64,000 nucleotides of DNA from Convolutriloba macropyga (GCF_964194025.1 NC_134473.1:74524001-74588000), one strand, 5' to 3'; numbered from the stretch's first letter, positions 1-13,100 are shown. Notes: generated from the sequence alone by a model not told the origin. Numbers and translations: made by a program.

Positions 1-28
1 TACCAGTATCTCAACCAGCAGTAGCACT

Positions 29-295
29 ATGCGACAGTTACCTCCAATGCCTCTACCGAGTCCAGTTTTGGGTTCCAACACTTTGCCAAGAAATTATCCC
101 AGAATAACGATCGGTGTCATCGAAGAAGAGCCTCCAACCGAAGCAGAGATCCAAAGAACAATTCAGAGGTCAGAAACCGCGCTGTCCAAATTGAAGATGA
201 AGTTCTTCGACGGATCACATCATACAGAAGAGCTGGCATGCATTTTTGACGTTCCTCTTACGGAATTTGAAACAATGCTTGAATGCTCACCAGGG
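29..295 (+). CDS. Adducin-family (class II aldolase/adducin) protein, 5'-most exon in the window (frame stays open to the window edge, so the true start may be upstream)
   Basis: ORF 29..316; FFDGSHHTEELACIFD resembles the adducin N-terminal helix (ILQSPAFREELE-type). Phase-0 GT donors at 296 or 299. The exact boundary is uncertain. Confidence 0.55.
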
Positions 296-445
296 GTTGT
301 TATTTACATGAAATAATTTTAGATGTTAGTTTTTCAGAATCTTAAATCCAGAGAAAATATGAATAATCTATAAGTCCTGATTCCAAAATGAACTGAAAAA
401 TGTTTCGGGTAATTGCGATTGCTGTCAAAAAAGTTTTTTTTTCAG

Positions 446-967
446 ATTAGTTTGAGTTTGTTCAGCTTTCTGATGCAACTAGCCAGAAAATTTCAGCAAT
501 TGCTGCCAATTTTTCCAAAGCTTATCGAAAAATCATCAGCTTTTGGTAAATTCCGAAAAAGCTCTTCGTTTGTAAACAATGACATCTGTGATTTTCAAAG
601 CACGCGATCGGAGTGCTCAAGTTCAACAGAGCGAGAACTGAGATGTCAGCTTGCAAGTCTGTTCAGACTGTTGTATCTTAACAATTGGTGCGAAGATGTT
701 CTCAATCATGCAACAGTTAGATTACCAATAGAAAATAAATCTGACGATGAAACTTTTTTGATGAACCCATTTGGGCTTCAATATTTCGAGGTGACGGCTT
801 CCAATTTAGTGAAGGCGAGGCTGAGCGACGCAGCAATCGTCGATGAAGGCACCTCACCGAAGCCGGTGGGTTTGAACGAGGCTGGTTTGGTCTTGCATAC
901 TGCAATTCACAGAGCCAGGCCGGACATTCATTGTATTGTACACTTTCACCAGAAGGACGTGCAAGCT
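446..967 (+). CDS. Adducin-family protein, exon 2 (aldolase-like head domain)
   Basis: ERELRCQLASLFRL..W...NHATVR, FLMNPFGLQYFEVTASNLVK and AGLVLHTAIHRARPDIHCIVHFH are adducin head motifs. Phase-0 acceptor ttttttcag at 445 (alternative at 496); donor GTGAGT at 968. Confidence 0.85.
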
Positions 968-1838
968 GTGAGTTGATGAAAAAAAAGGTTTGACTTTGCA
1001 ATCAATATACATCTAATATTTGTGACCTGTTTATAATAATTTCAAGGAGAGTTAGTGGTCCTAATTTAAATTTTGTTGCAAAATTTTGTGTCGTAGACTT
1101 CGAGCAAACTGAATAGGTTATGGTAGCATTGGAACTTTCTCAATAAGCTTGAAATAAGATCTTCAATTTACTAAATGATTCACTGAAGGCAGATTATTTT
1201 TTTGAAACTAGTATATCCAGTATTTAACCAAGTATTTTAAACCTACTAATAACAAAATAGAACAATATATAATTTTTTTCTAAATATAAACAGACTTTAA
1301 AAGCTCACATCTTACCATTCAAACGATTTTTCCTGCTGAAGAATCGGAAATATTTTGAAATGAAACAATATTCTATGGCATCATTGGTGTTCTAGCTTCT
1401 AGTAATCACTAATTTATACGAAGTCAGGCAGTTTTTTAGGATCTGCTGGTCTGTTGAGTACAGCTTTTTATGTAGTTTGAGCTCAATCACGCGCGTTGGT
1501 TAGCGGCATTTTTCGGCTAACAAAAATTTATGTCAATTTGCTGTATTTCCTAATTCAACTCTACGACGAAATTGTGTATCAATATTTGAAGATGCCATTT
1601 TTGCGAAACTGAGGAAATATTGATTTTTGGCTGGGAATGAATTTCGACCGGAGAGAACTTGTTCAAAATTGAAATCCTCCAGGCCTCGCCAGCATGACAG
1701 AAATGAAAAGTACTTAGGTGAGGCACCCTTTACAAAAACGTTCATAATATTCAAACATTTTCCCGACATTGCAGAAACTAGAAATTTCATCGTCTGAAGC
1801 TGAAGAAATTTTCAGAGGCAATTAGCATTGTGTTATAG

Positions 1839-2081
1839 ATCTCCAGTCTGAAATGTGGATTTATCCGGACATCTTTGGAGTCCTGCATTTTGGGAGAAAT
1901 ATCCAGACACTCGTTCCATGGAATAACGGTGAATAAAAGTGAACAAGAAGAGCTCGTTCAAAATTTGGGACGTGTGAACAAAGTACTTCTGTTGGATAGT
2001 CACGGAGCTCTTATTTGTGCGGAGAGTGTTGCGGAAGCTTGGCAGTTGACCACATTGCTCGTACACTCAGCTCAATCTCAG
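1839..2081 (+). CDS. Adducin-family protein, exon 3
   Basis: Acceptor ttatag at 1838, donor GTACAT at 2082, 81 codons, phase 0/0. ISSLKCGFIRTSLESCILGEISRHSFHG...NKVLLLDSHGAL matches adducin VSAMKCGLLP...GEVAYHDYHG...KVLILRNHG. Confidence 0.88.
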
Positions 2082-2235
2082 GTACATTCGTTTTCAAAGG
2101 AAAGTGGCGGGGCCTTTGTTGTTTTCTTTTAAATTTCACGCCATAGCTTTGAAATTGTTAGCTTATCAAATCAGTACTTTAAAATCGATATCTTTTTATC
2201 AATAACTGCAAAAGTGATAGCAGAGCGAGCTATTA

Positions 2236-5060
2236 TTGTTCCGATCCCTTTAGTGGGGAGGGAGGAACTATATACTCAGAATTGTGAGTGGTATCATCAA
2301 AAAGCCCGTCAGGCACAGAATACGGAATTAAAAAGATTTTTTCGAATTTCGTGTTTTACAGGGAGTTATTGAGGTTTAAAGTTTTGTGAACATTCGACTG
2401 TTTTTGTTCACATTTTCACTAATTTTTGCTAAAATTGGGAACAATTTCGCTAATATAATTCACAATAAGTTAAAATTTTTAACGGCAGAGTGTTGTTGTT
2501 ATCGTTAGAGATAGAAAAGCGTTGCTGAATTGTTTGATTTAAGTTTTTTTTGGCTAAAATTTTTGATAAATTTTTCAAAATTCAAACTTTTTTCATCAAA
2601 AATGGCACAAAATATGCCTTTTTGGTCCACTTTGTTAAAGTTTGCCAGACTTAGTGACCTAGAAACCTTAACACAGACTCCCTAATCTCAAAAAGAGCGC
2701 TAGTTGCAATTAGGCGCCGTATGAAAGTCTTTTGGAATTAAAACTTTGCCGTTTTTTTTTTGCAGATTTAACTCGATAATTATACGAAATGCATTTTTTT
2801 TCAATATTTGAAGAATTCCACTCAACAATTGGACTATTTCGCAAACACTTGGAACACTTGGTCGGTTTGGTGGGTGCGCAACAAAATCAGGGAGGGGTTC
2901 GATAATATCAGGGACTCTTAGAATCGGAGACTTTTTGGTTTTTATTTTGATGCTGCCTTTTTTCAAAATATTTTGCTTTTGTTCTTTTAATGGTAATTAC
3001 TGACAATATATTTTATTCACGGCTCCATTAATGACAGCTCCAATTTACGTAAATTTGAGGGCGAATGTAGATGCAATTTTTTTTGCCGAGAACCAAAGGG
3101 GTTTTTATGGCTTTGAGGAAGAGTTTTAGTAAAATTTAACTAAATTCTTGTCTTTTGCCTTCAATTGTTATTCTTTTGGCAGTCTGATTTTTCAGTTTGA
3201 CCATTCAAAGATCTAAATTTTTTCCTCAAGAGTTGCAAGTGAACCTTTGCTATTCATTTGGTTGTTACTAATGTCTCTTATGTTATTGAATGTATTTGTT
3301 TTAAGGAAATGGCTGTGATTTTTTGAACTTGTCAATTTTTTTTATATTTTTTCAGTCAACATTTTGCTTATTCTCACTAAGTACAGGTAAACCCTTCCTC
3401 CTTATAGAATAAAAACTAATTTTGTGGCCGATTGTTTTAGCAAAAGATTTTCTTGCTTTTGGTATTACGAGTTTCTATACAAAATTTTCTGATTTTTGTG
3501 CATAATTGCCCATTTTCGCTGTTGTTTGTTTCTTCTCTAAATTGTCACATAATTTAACAATCTAACTGAAGAAAGTTTTACAACATTTGAATTTCAACAT
3601 GATTTTTGTTTTTATAACATATGGTTTGAAGGGCTGCGACACCGTTCTCTTGCAGAAATTGGTAGTTTTTTTTTTATTTTTGCCCTTTATTTGTTGTTAA
3701 TTTTTGTTGTCATATGCCAAATATTGTGTAATTAAAGGTCTCAGTGGCCAATTATAGATAAAAAATTGAACTTAATTAACTGTTATCGGTAAAAGAAACT
3801 GATGGCTGCTTTGACTTTCGAATTAAATTTCTACAAAAAAGAGTAACAGTATTCTTCAACTTATCCCTTTTTGTTCTGGTTTGCGTTTTTGTTCGTATTT
3901 TACAATGTTGTATCATTTTGGTAAATTAGCTTAATTATTTAGAGCTTTTTGATGTTTTGTTGAATCAAACAATAATTTTTCTGTTGTTTAAACTTTTTAA
4001 ATAATGTCTTCAGGGCTTATACAATCTGTTTCAGGAAAATTTCGTGAAGTTTCAATACTTTTCAGTTTTAATGGTTCTTTTTGTTGACATTTTGTGACAG
4101 TCGTTTTACAAAAAGATGTAATAATGATCAAAGGAGACGCAAATGAGGATGTTATATTCTCGCGGTTAATATCTTATAAATTTAATGGCTTCAAAACTGT
4201 GGTTTCGTAAAGTTGTTTTTGAAACTTATTAGTTAAGCATATAATTAATGTTATTTTATAGTCTTATGGTTTAGTGTCGTTAATAACAGTTTCAATTAGT
4301 TTTCCGAGTAGTTGCAAGACAAACAGTCCACCCTTCTAGTCGAAAGCTTTTGTTGGCTATGAATTTTGAAAATATTTGTTTTTAAAAAAAGAGATATATT
4401 TTTGAGATCTGCCAATTTTATTTCTGTGAAATTGTAGGGAAGGATCTCTATAAAGCTTTTATTTTCTTTAAATGGTCTTTCTTCTTGGAACAACCAGTTT
4501 TTATAGAACCAAATTTTGTGATTTATGCAAAATTGCCCCCTTTTTTGTAGGTTTTTGTTTTCTTTTCACGGTATCACAATAATGGGCTTCATTTGACTTA
4601 CAGATGTTGTCACCTGCAAAAGTGCAAACGAAGAATTTTATTGTTTCTAGTGATCACCTTAATATTTAATTGATTGGGGGGGGCATCGTTTTCGTGCATA
4701 ATTTTTCGTGCAAATTTTGCCTATATTTTTCGTTCTTTTTGTAGTCGTATAACATATCCTGGATAATGAAAGGCCTCAGTCGCTCTCTATTGAAAAAAGC
4801 AATGTTTCAATAAACTTGCAGCTTTTGCTCATTTCTAGACGTCTTGTTGCCAATTCACATTGATGAAAAGTCCCATAAGTAGCCACAGGTCTCATAGACC
4901 CTCTTGAGTAGATTGTTTTATTCTTTTAGTAGTTTGTTGAACGGTATGTTGATATGTTATTTTTTTATCTCTTCCTCATTTGGTAGACACTTAAGTGAAA
5001 AATGTAGATGAGCGGGGTCGGAACTTAATGTGCGAACGCACATTAGCGAGCCTCCTTGTT
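2236..5060 (+). mobile_element. Non-autonomous Helentron/DINE-1-like element, family A (in adducin intron 3)
   Basis: 5' TTGTTCCGATCCC..GGGAGGAACTATATACTC; 3' subterminal inverted copy GGGGTCGGAAC, then hairpin TAATGTGCG-AA-CGCACATTA (5026-5045) and CTTGTT. The same ends recur at 32169, 37094, 46368, 42747 (-) and 60471. Confidence 0.7.
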
Positions 5061-5310
5061 GGTAGTCTCTTGTTAATTTGCATTTCAAAGAATTTGAATT
5101 ATATTAGAATGCTCTTTTCAAAGACGTTCACGAATTTGATTCTTTTTAAATTCATGTTTGAATGGCGACATGAAGCAGAATTGGGATTAAATTTAAGTCC
5201 TTTTATTTTTCATAACTCTGCAATTGAAGTGACTTCACTCTTGATATTCAATCGGAATGTTTGAAAATGGTTTTCAAAGACCGTTCCTATGCAATTTTAA
5301 AAGTTTCCAA

Positions 5311-5463
5311 ATTGCTCTCAAACAAAGTTGGTAGCAATTATAATAGTCCTGTGAGCTTTTTTGTGATTTTTTGCTCGAGCGATTTCTCGCCTGACCCTCG
5401 AAATCGGGATAAACAGGTAAAGCCTCGTCAGTTGTTTGAGAACAATTCGCCCGACGTTAGTTG
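5311..5463 (+). mobile_element. Short Helentron-like element, family B
   Basis: 5' AATTGCTCTCAAAC..AGCAATTAT; 3' GAGAACAATTCGCCCGACGTTAGT. Related 5' ends at about 5578, 8430, 21913, 25848, 29556 and 30753. Confidence 0.55.
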
Positions 5464-7156
5464 GTTAAATTTGAAGGATTGGAATTTTTGTTACAGGAGG
5501 AATATTATTAAAACATGAGTTAGCTTTTTCAGTGTTTTGGCAAAGCTGATGTCTTACATAATTGTTCCGCACTGATTAATTGCTCTCGAACGAAGTATGA
5601 AGTAATTATTGTAAACGTGTACGTCTTTTATGCAAAATTTTTGCTTGACCGTTCTGACTTTTTGCGTCAATTTCTTTTTGCGTGGTCTAAATTTTGCTCT
5701 CCCTCACAATTTTAAGCGGCTGACCTCAATTGGTGGAAGATTTCTACTAAAAACCAAATTAAAAGTACGCCAAAGATGGTGTCATTTAAAAAAATCCTAA
5801 TAGTGATATATATAATAACGCCTAATGACGTCATTAGTTTAGCTAGCCATAGCAAACTTCTCATCCCTCCCCCGCTCACTGAAACAGGCTGCAATAGATT
5901 AGTTAGAAATAGCCGCTCGAGAATAATTTCGTCGATTTTTCGCTTGTTGTTAAATAGGGAAAAACGCGTAATATTAATTGATATATTATTTTTTAGCGGC
6001 GATGTGTTTTATGATATTCGATAATGTTTTCTGTTTCATTCTCGTAATATGCGGCCAATAGTTGTCTTGACTCTTACAGCCGTTAAACTATTTAGTTCGC
6101 TAAATGTTCTCACTTTTTTTCGTCCCTTAGTGGCAATAATTACATATAGCGTATGCTTTCTAAAAGTTTGATCTGATAACAGATTACAAATGCTGTTGCT
6201 TGTTCAGTGAAATTTTTGCTACTTTTCAAAAAATTAAAATAAATTTTTGATTTTGCTGTCTTTTTCTTCCCGTGTCCTGCTCTTTTTTGTTTTTCTCTTG
6301 AAAAATACTGTATTTTCCACTTTCTCCCTGGTCGGCTATTTTGAACGTTGTTTTTTAAAAAAAAATCAAGGCGGTAGCTTCTGCTTGTATCTATTTTTCA
6401 GCTGAATCGTAGCAGCTGAATTTATTAATTGACTTAGCATCAACACAGAAATGATGTACGGAATGATTATTTTTGCGACCCTTGATAATTTAAATAAATA
6501 GTTTAGCGTTTGGAATTCATTGCATCCAAGTTTTGCCTAATCGGGGTGGCTCTAGAAGTCAGTTTTATTCAGTCCTCGCTTAACTCATAGAACAAGAGAT
6601 ATAAAAAGTGACCTTGCTTTGAACCGGCCGATGGTAAGTCCTTTGCTGAGTTATTGATGCAGTTTCGGAACTAAAGGCAGTTTTGTCGAAAGTATTTCAC
6701 TATTCATATTGTAGTCGCGTTACTAATTCATGAAAGACTTAACATGCTAAAAGGTACGTAGAAAAACTTTGTTCCTCGTAAATCGCAGAAAGATTATAAA
6801 TTTTTTGTTCGGATATGGAAAATGTATTATACAGAATATCCTCTTTGATATATCGATAGTTCGTTCAGTGTTCTTCAATGCGGAATGCGGGCCGACGCAC
6901 CTTTTTTCTACATAGAATGAAGGGAAGAAAACTCCATATATTTTGGCTTATTGTTAGGAATACAATTGGATGTATCATCATAATCATCATTATCATTGTT
7001 ATTATTGCATTTTCCGCTTTGAAAGGCCTGCAAGTAAAAATGGTTGCGCAGATATGAAAATAGGGAAATTTGCTGCTAAAGGTATATGTATAATGTATAG
7101 TTGAATTGTCTTCTGATTAAATTTTTTAACACGCCTTTTATCTATGATCGGAATTT

Positions 7157-7296
7157 GGATCTTTTCCGTTTGTACCCCCCAGCTCAGTGGGCGCATATTA
7201 TTTGCACCCCCAGGCGCACGTGCCATATTTTAACATAAGGATTTACTGTGTAATGGTACGTGCTCTGTAACTGGGGGGCGCAAAAGGAAAAGGTCC
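7157..7296. mobile_element. MITE with GG-starting TIRs and an 8-bp TSD (Merlin-like)
   Basis: TIR GGATCTTTTCCGTTTG / CAAAAGGAAAAGGTCC; exact flanking direct repeat CGGAATTT at 7149-7156 and 7297-7304. Related pieces at about 58550-58735, 59075-59102 and 59372-59470. Confidence 0.75.
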
Positions 7297-7658
7297 CGGA
7301 ATTTTTCTCCCGAAACATTCTGATGCGGAGTTCCCAAATATTGCTTTTTTCGGTGATCGATTACCTCCGTATCTCTTTTATGCAGAGGTTCATTTTTAAA
7401 GACACCCAATTTGGGCTGAAGTTTTTGGGAATGGGCCTTCAGCTTAACAACAGGTTGGAAAATTTTGTGTAACTGGTCTATCTGGTAAGTTTTGCTCCAT
7501 TTTGTGACACCAGCATTCTATTTACATTACAGTTTGGTGTTGCTAATCCTAACTAGATGGGCTCGATTTTGTTCATTTACATACGAACAATAATCATTAT
7601 TAAATCAAAAAGATAGTGTGTATTTTAAGTGTTTGACATCTGGCATCTTTTTTTGCAG

Positions 7659-7880
7659 TTGAGTGCGATGCAAGCTGTCGGAGGAAATACTGATAAACTA
7701 TTGATGATTGATGATGAAACGGCAAATGTGACTTACGAGACTGCCTGGAGTTGTAATTTGAAAGGAACCGATATTACTGATACACACAAGGGGAGAACAT
7801 GGCGTTTTGGAGAGAGGTTGTTCACGTCTGAGTTGAGAAAACTCAATTTGATGGGTCTGAATAGTGGACTTGCTACTTAA
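7659..7880 (+). CDS. Adducin-family protein, last coding exon (neck region, then stop)
   Basis: Acceptor ttttttgcag at 7658, phase 0. WRFGERLFTSELRKLNLMGLNSG matches the adducin neck motif W.IGE.EFEALMR.LDNLGY.TG. TAA at 7878-7880. Confidence 0.82.
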   Translation: MSAMQAVGGNTDKLLMIDDETANVTYETAWSCNLKGTDITDTHKGRTWRFGERLFTSELRKLNLMGLNSGLAT

Positions 7881-8760
7881 TATGTATCATTTTTGGAGAT
7901 CTATTTCTATATTTGGAATCTTTATTTTGATGTTTAAACCTCTGTTTATTATATGTGGATCTCTATATTCGTATTTGGATACTTATATTTGGATGAAAAT
8001 GTCCATCCTCCATGTCCGTGTAGTTTTCTTCCCGCATGGTGCTTGTAAATAAGTGAGTATCACATTGAATTTAAAACCCTCTTCAGTGTTTGTTTTCAAA
8101 ATTCAATCCAACAGCTTCAGTACTTAAAACACTCACGTGCAAATTTAAAAAGCCGAAAGTCTGCAGTGCCAGAAGTCAAAATGCCAGAAGTCGCTACTTA
8201 GTCAGAAGTTGAATTCCGTTGACTTTCGTCATTTTAAAACCTGCGCGTTTCGTGTTTTAAGCATGGTTAAGTGACTCTGCAGTCACCTCGAAATTCTGAC
8301 TTAATATCTCGAGCCGCTTCGCGGTTCTCGATAAACGCCCGAAGTTCTCAAAGCAGAGTCACTTGACCATTACTTCTGCCATCAGCCAATCGAATAATTT
8401 GAACGTTTATGCAACCATTCGGAAGTCAATTAAGTCTGCAAACGAAGTTTGTTCCAATTATATTAGACCTGCGGGCTTTTTAAATTCAATTTTTGCTTTA
8501 CCTATTTTCCGTCTGACCTTTTTTGATTTTGGTCATCAAAAGCGGCATAGACATGTAAGACCCGGAGGGCATTAGTTTCTCTTACATACAGCCTTTCGGC
8601 TTATTGGACTATCAGCATGCGATTCACCGAAACTGTTTTGGAGACATAATTTCATTGTGTGATTCCCCCCCCCCCCCCAATATCCACCTCCAGCATACGG
8701 TTACACCCGTAACCCAGCGCGCTCAACCCCGCCCCCGCTGTTAGTCTACGCCCTTCAATT

Positions 8761-9678
8761 AGGCTAAGATTGGTCCTTGTAGAATCCCGAATTCACTTTA
8801 CGTCAATCAGAAGGGGCTCCATTTATTTGGACTGGCTGTTGTATAATATTCAGATAAGATCCGAACTAGTTTGTTGTCAGACATCTTACACCATAACGTT
8901 TTAACTTCTCCAAATTTTTGTGATTTATTTTGTCAAAAGTTTCTATTAATATATAGAAAAAAGTTGGTTATTGTAGTATTTTTTTCTTACAATGGACTTA
9001 CTCAGTTGTGCGCCAATAGCGCTGTTTTTTCTAAGACCTTCACTGGTTTTGGTATAAAAGTTTAAGGATTTTCAAATCAAAATTTCTACAGGTTGGGTAT
9101 GACACCAACGTTGTGATGTGATTTTGGTATTTAATTAAATAGGACTTCATCAAAATGGTGTCAAATTCCCTGGTTATGAATTATGGCGTCTAATTCTTTA
9201 AAATTGTTGAGCGACCTGACATTCACGTGAAGTATGTTGGTTTCATCACTAGTTGAAGATTTAGTTGATATGACCTGGGCTACGGAAAATCTTGTTCAGA
9301 AAACCTTTGACACCTCTTGCTCACGTTGATCGCTAAACCTTATTTCAGCCATTTCCGTAGATTAACGTTTGTGGTTTTATTTTAAAGTGGTTTCAGGAGT
9401 ATATCAAAGCCTTTCAGCCCCTCATATAAACCTTGATGAGACGTTTTCAAAATTTTTCCATTTAAAGAGATAACGTTTTTCCGAACCCAGGCTTTTTGAC
9501 TCCATCATCACTATTAATATCAAAAAAATTATATCCCGCTTTTGCAGTGTCTTCACTGCAGTAAATTTTGATTTATATAAAGTGTTTTGTTGGCCAGAAA
9601 GTCTGTTTGCCGCCCTTCCGTGAGTTTAGTACGAATCGATTGGAGCAACTCAGTTACGGATTAGATTATGAGATTGAT
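8761..9678 (-). mobile_element. Decayed CR1-type LINE (ORF1 C-terminus, APE start and RT fragments)
   Basis: Manual minus-strand translation: LYINQNL (~9570, ORF1-type), NILHVNVRSL (9238-9209, APE start), GLRKNSA, TFDKINHKNLEKLKRYGVR, FGSYLN..Q.VQING and GILQGPILA (RT; compare AFD.VDH..LL.KL..YGIRG and GVPQGSILGP). Contains stops and frameshifts. Confidence 0.7.
9493..9678 (+). repeat. Left copy of the ~186-bp direct duplication flanking the Gypsy element
   Basis: TTTTTGACTCC...GATTATGAGATTGAT, repeated at 14504-14688. Confidence 0.9.
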
Positions 9679-10191
9679 TGTCGTGGTCCCGAGCACGAGT
9701 AACAAGAGTTTTATTGTTTTAATAATTGAATTCAAAATGGCCTAAATGTACAAAATTTCAAAGGTATTTATAGTCCGTATCAATATGAAAATTTACAGAT
9801 TCGTGTAGATATAGATAAACTTATATGGGTTAATTTACACCTTAGTTGTGAACAATTTTTCCCCTTGCCGTATATGGCAAGTACTAGTGCAATTTTTTGC
9901 ACTTAACACATTGTTCTCCCTACCTGAGAATATGTCATTTCTATCTACTTGGAGGGTCGGAGAGTTGGTTTCTGATCATATCTGGTGGTGGGAATGTCGA
10001 ATCTTTCACACAAATTTATGGTTTATGTTCACTGATAAACTTGTGGTATGAACAAATTTGAATACACGATTCGGTTCAAATTAGAAGCCATTATTCAATT
10101 TCACTTCACCAGACATCAGGTAAGAAAGTTTTCTTTACATATCGAAGTTTTAACTTAAGTTGCTAAGTTCGCCACTTCTCGATATATCACA
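9679..10191 (-). repeat. Gypsy 3' LTR
   Basis: 513 bp, roughly 93% identical by eye to 13990-14503, preceded by the PPT on the minus strand. Confidence 0.92.
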
Positions 10192-13100
10192 TCCTCCCTC
10201 CTTTTTTAAGCAAGTTTGTAGGAATAGCTTCTCCAAAGCTTTCTGGTTGTTTTTTTTTCTGCTTGAAGTTCTCGTGGCCACTGAAGGTTGTTCCCTTTCA
10301 ACTACTGAGGTTTCTTCGATAGAGTTGGATGATGCCACGTCTATGTTGTCCCTACTGCTCTCAGACTGTGAGTCAGTAGATTCAGTCTTGATGTCGTCAG
10401 GTTCCAGCCGTGCAATTTGGTTGTTACTAACAAGCACTGTCTTGTTTGAATTCTCCGGTTGAATGAACGAAGTGTTCGTTCCTTTACGGATAATGAAAGT
10501 AGCTGGAACCGTTGGTGAACTGTTCGTCGGTTTGAAGAGGACTCGTTCACACAGATCAAAATCAATGGCTGCTGGAAGTCTTACTTTGCGTCCCAGTAGC
10601 AGATCTACAGGAGTTTTGCCCCGCGTCTTGGAAGTGTTCCGATGTGTCATCAAAGCCCGCTGTAGGAAAGCGCCAAATGACACATTCGGATTTGGACCCC
10701 AGGCTTGAATAGCCCGTTTAACTGTTTGGACCGCTCGTTCAGCAATCCCATTTGCTCATGGATGGTAGGTGGGAGAATCCATCTTCTTAATCCCCAGTGA
10801 TTCAAACCATTGCTTTAGGTTACTGCTCACAAACTCAGGACCATTGTCTTATACTAATATTCTTGGTATCCCAAATCTTGCAAAGATTTGACTCAAGTGC
10901 ACCTTCACTGTTTGTGAGGTTATATTTCCCGCAGGGAAGTCTTCTATCCAACCTGATCCCGCGTCTACTATCACTAAGATATTACCTTGATCCTTAACGT
11001 AGCCCCAGTCTATGTGGAGTCTTTCCCAAACTTCAGCTTCTGGCCAAGTAGATACTGTTTTCCCCATGCTAGGCCTGTTTTCTTGGCATTCCTTACATTT
11101 ACTAACATATCGAAGAACATCTTGAGTGATGCCGGGCCACCAAGCTATCATTCGAACTGTTGTTTCAGTTGCATTGTTGCCTGGGTGAGTCTCATGAGCT
11201 TTGGCCATCACCATGGGTCTTAGTTTGGTTGGAATGAAAGGCACAACTCCTCGAGAGATGATTCCATTGTGAATGGTCAAGGCGTCTTTCTGTTGTTCAA
11301 ATCCTTTCTCTGCTTCTGAGCACTGTTTCCAGATGCCGCTTTCGATCCCAGCTCAGTTTTGACTTCTGACTGGGTCACCAGGTCGGATTGGACGAAGTAG
11401 ATATTGTCAAGAGCAAAGCAGACTCGATCATTGTCATCGACGTTGTCAGAGTCTAGTCTGCTCAAAGCATCTCCAGGTGTGTATTTCAATTCGAAGTCAA
11501 ATCCCATCAGCGCTATCGCCCATCTCGTAATTCTTGCTGATGCTGTTTTCGGAATTTCTTCGTCTGGGAGATATTTGAGAGGTCAGTCTGTAGAGTGAAC
11601 CTTCTTCCGAGTAGGAATTGTATCAATCTTGTGACCACAAAGACAATTGCAAGTGCCTCTCCCTTAATATTGGAGTAATTTTGTTCGCCTTGTGACAACT
11701 TCCTCGAGACGTAGATCACAGTATGTCCTTCTTGTGATAGTACCCCGCCCATAGCTTTCTCTGAGGCGTCTGTTGTCACGGTAGCTTCCTTCGTCAAGTT
11801 GTAAGGCTGTACACGAGGGTTGGCACATAACTCGTTTAAATCGTTTTTGACGTTTTCAAAAGCATTTTGCTCTTCCTTTTTCTATCTGAATTCTTCTTTT
11901 CAAGTTTCGTTTAGTGGTAGCATTTTTGTTGCAAAATTCGGTGTCATTCGACCATAAAAATTTGCTAAGCCGACAAAGGACTCGAGTTGTTACATATTTG
12001 ATGGCGGTTTTGCATTTTTGATTTTCTTAACATGTTTAGGGTCGGGTGCTGTGCTATTCCTTCTTTGGAAACAGAGTAACCAAGAAAACTTATGCTTGAA
12101 ACTGGTTTTGAGTTAGATTTCTTCTCATTGATAGTGAAATTTTTCTCACGCAGCCGACTCTTGACTGCAAGCGTTCGTTTCTCGTATTGATCCTGTGTTG
12201 TTCCATATACCAGGACGTCGTCTTGGAAGATGACCACACCCTTAATTCCTTTAAGAATTGACTCAATGCAATTCTGGAAGATTGACGAAGTTTTTTAGGC
12301 CCTGAGGAAGCCTGCGCATCTTGAACAATCTTTGCGATGTGTGGATTGTGCATATTTCTTTTGCATCCTCGTCCAGCTCAATTTGATAGCATGCGTCTGA
12401 TAAGTCATTTTTTTCAAAGTAAGAGGCCCAATGGAGATTATGGAAAATGGTCTCCATGTCTGGGATTGGATAGTCCTCGTCCATAACTTTGCCATTGATG
12501 TGAACTTTCAGGTCCACGCATTGTCTCCGAGCTCCATTTTTCTTCCGCTGCCACACTAATGGTGATGCATTTGTGACCCCACCAGGTTGTACTCGCTCCA
12601 GGATGCCCTGTCTTACCATTGTCTCAAGCTTCTCTTTGACCCTGTCCTGAAGAAGTAGAGGTATCTTTCTGGCTTTGCAGAACATTGGCTGTGATCCCTT
12701 TATGAGTTTCACATGCGCTTTGTATCCTTTGACTGCAGGTAGTCTTTCATCATTCACTGCATTGATGCCTTCTTGGGGTAGTATGTCTCTCCCAAATAGC
12801 CCAAATTTTTTGTCGGATTGCACAACTGCTTGTTGTTGTTGCCTATACTTGCTTCCGTTCCACTCAAGATCACATGTTAGTGATGCCAGAAGCGTCAGTT
12901 GATGACCGTCGTAGGCCTCAAGACGTCTGAATTTCCCATTTAACTGAGGTTTACGAAGCTCAGTCCAGATTAATGATGATATCACGGTGCTATCAGCACC
13001 GGTATCAACCTGCATTTTTATTTTATGGTCTTTTAATGTAATATACTCCCATGTCAGCGACATGTTAAACACGTTTTCCCTTGTATAGTACATTTCCATC

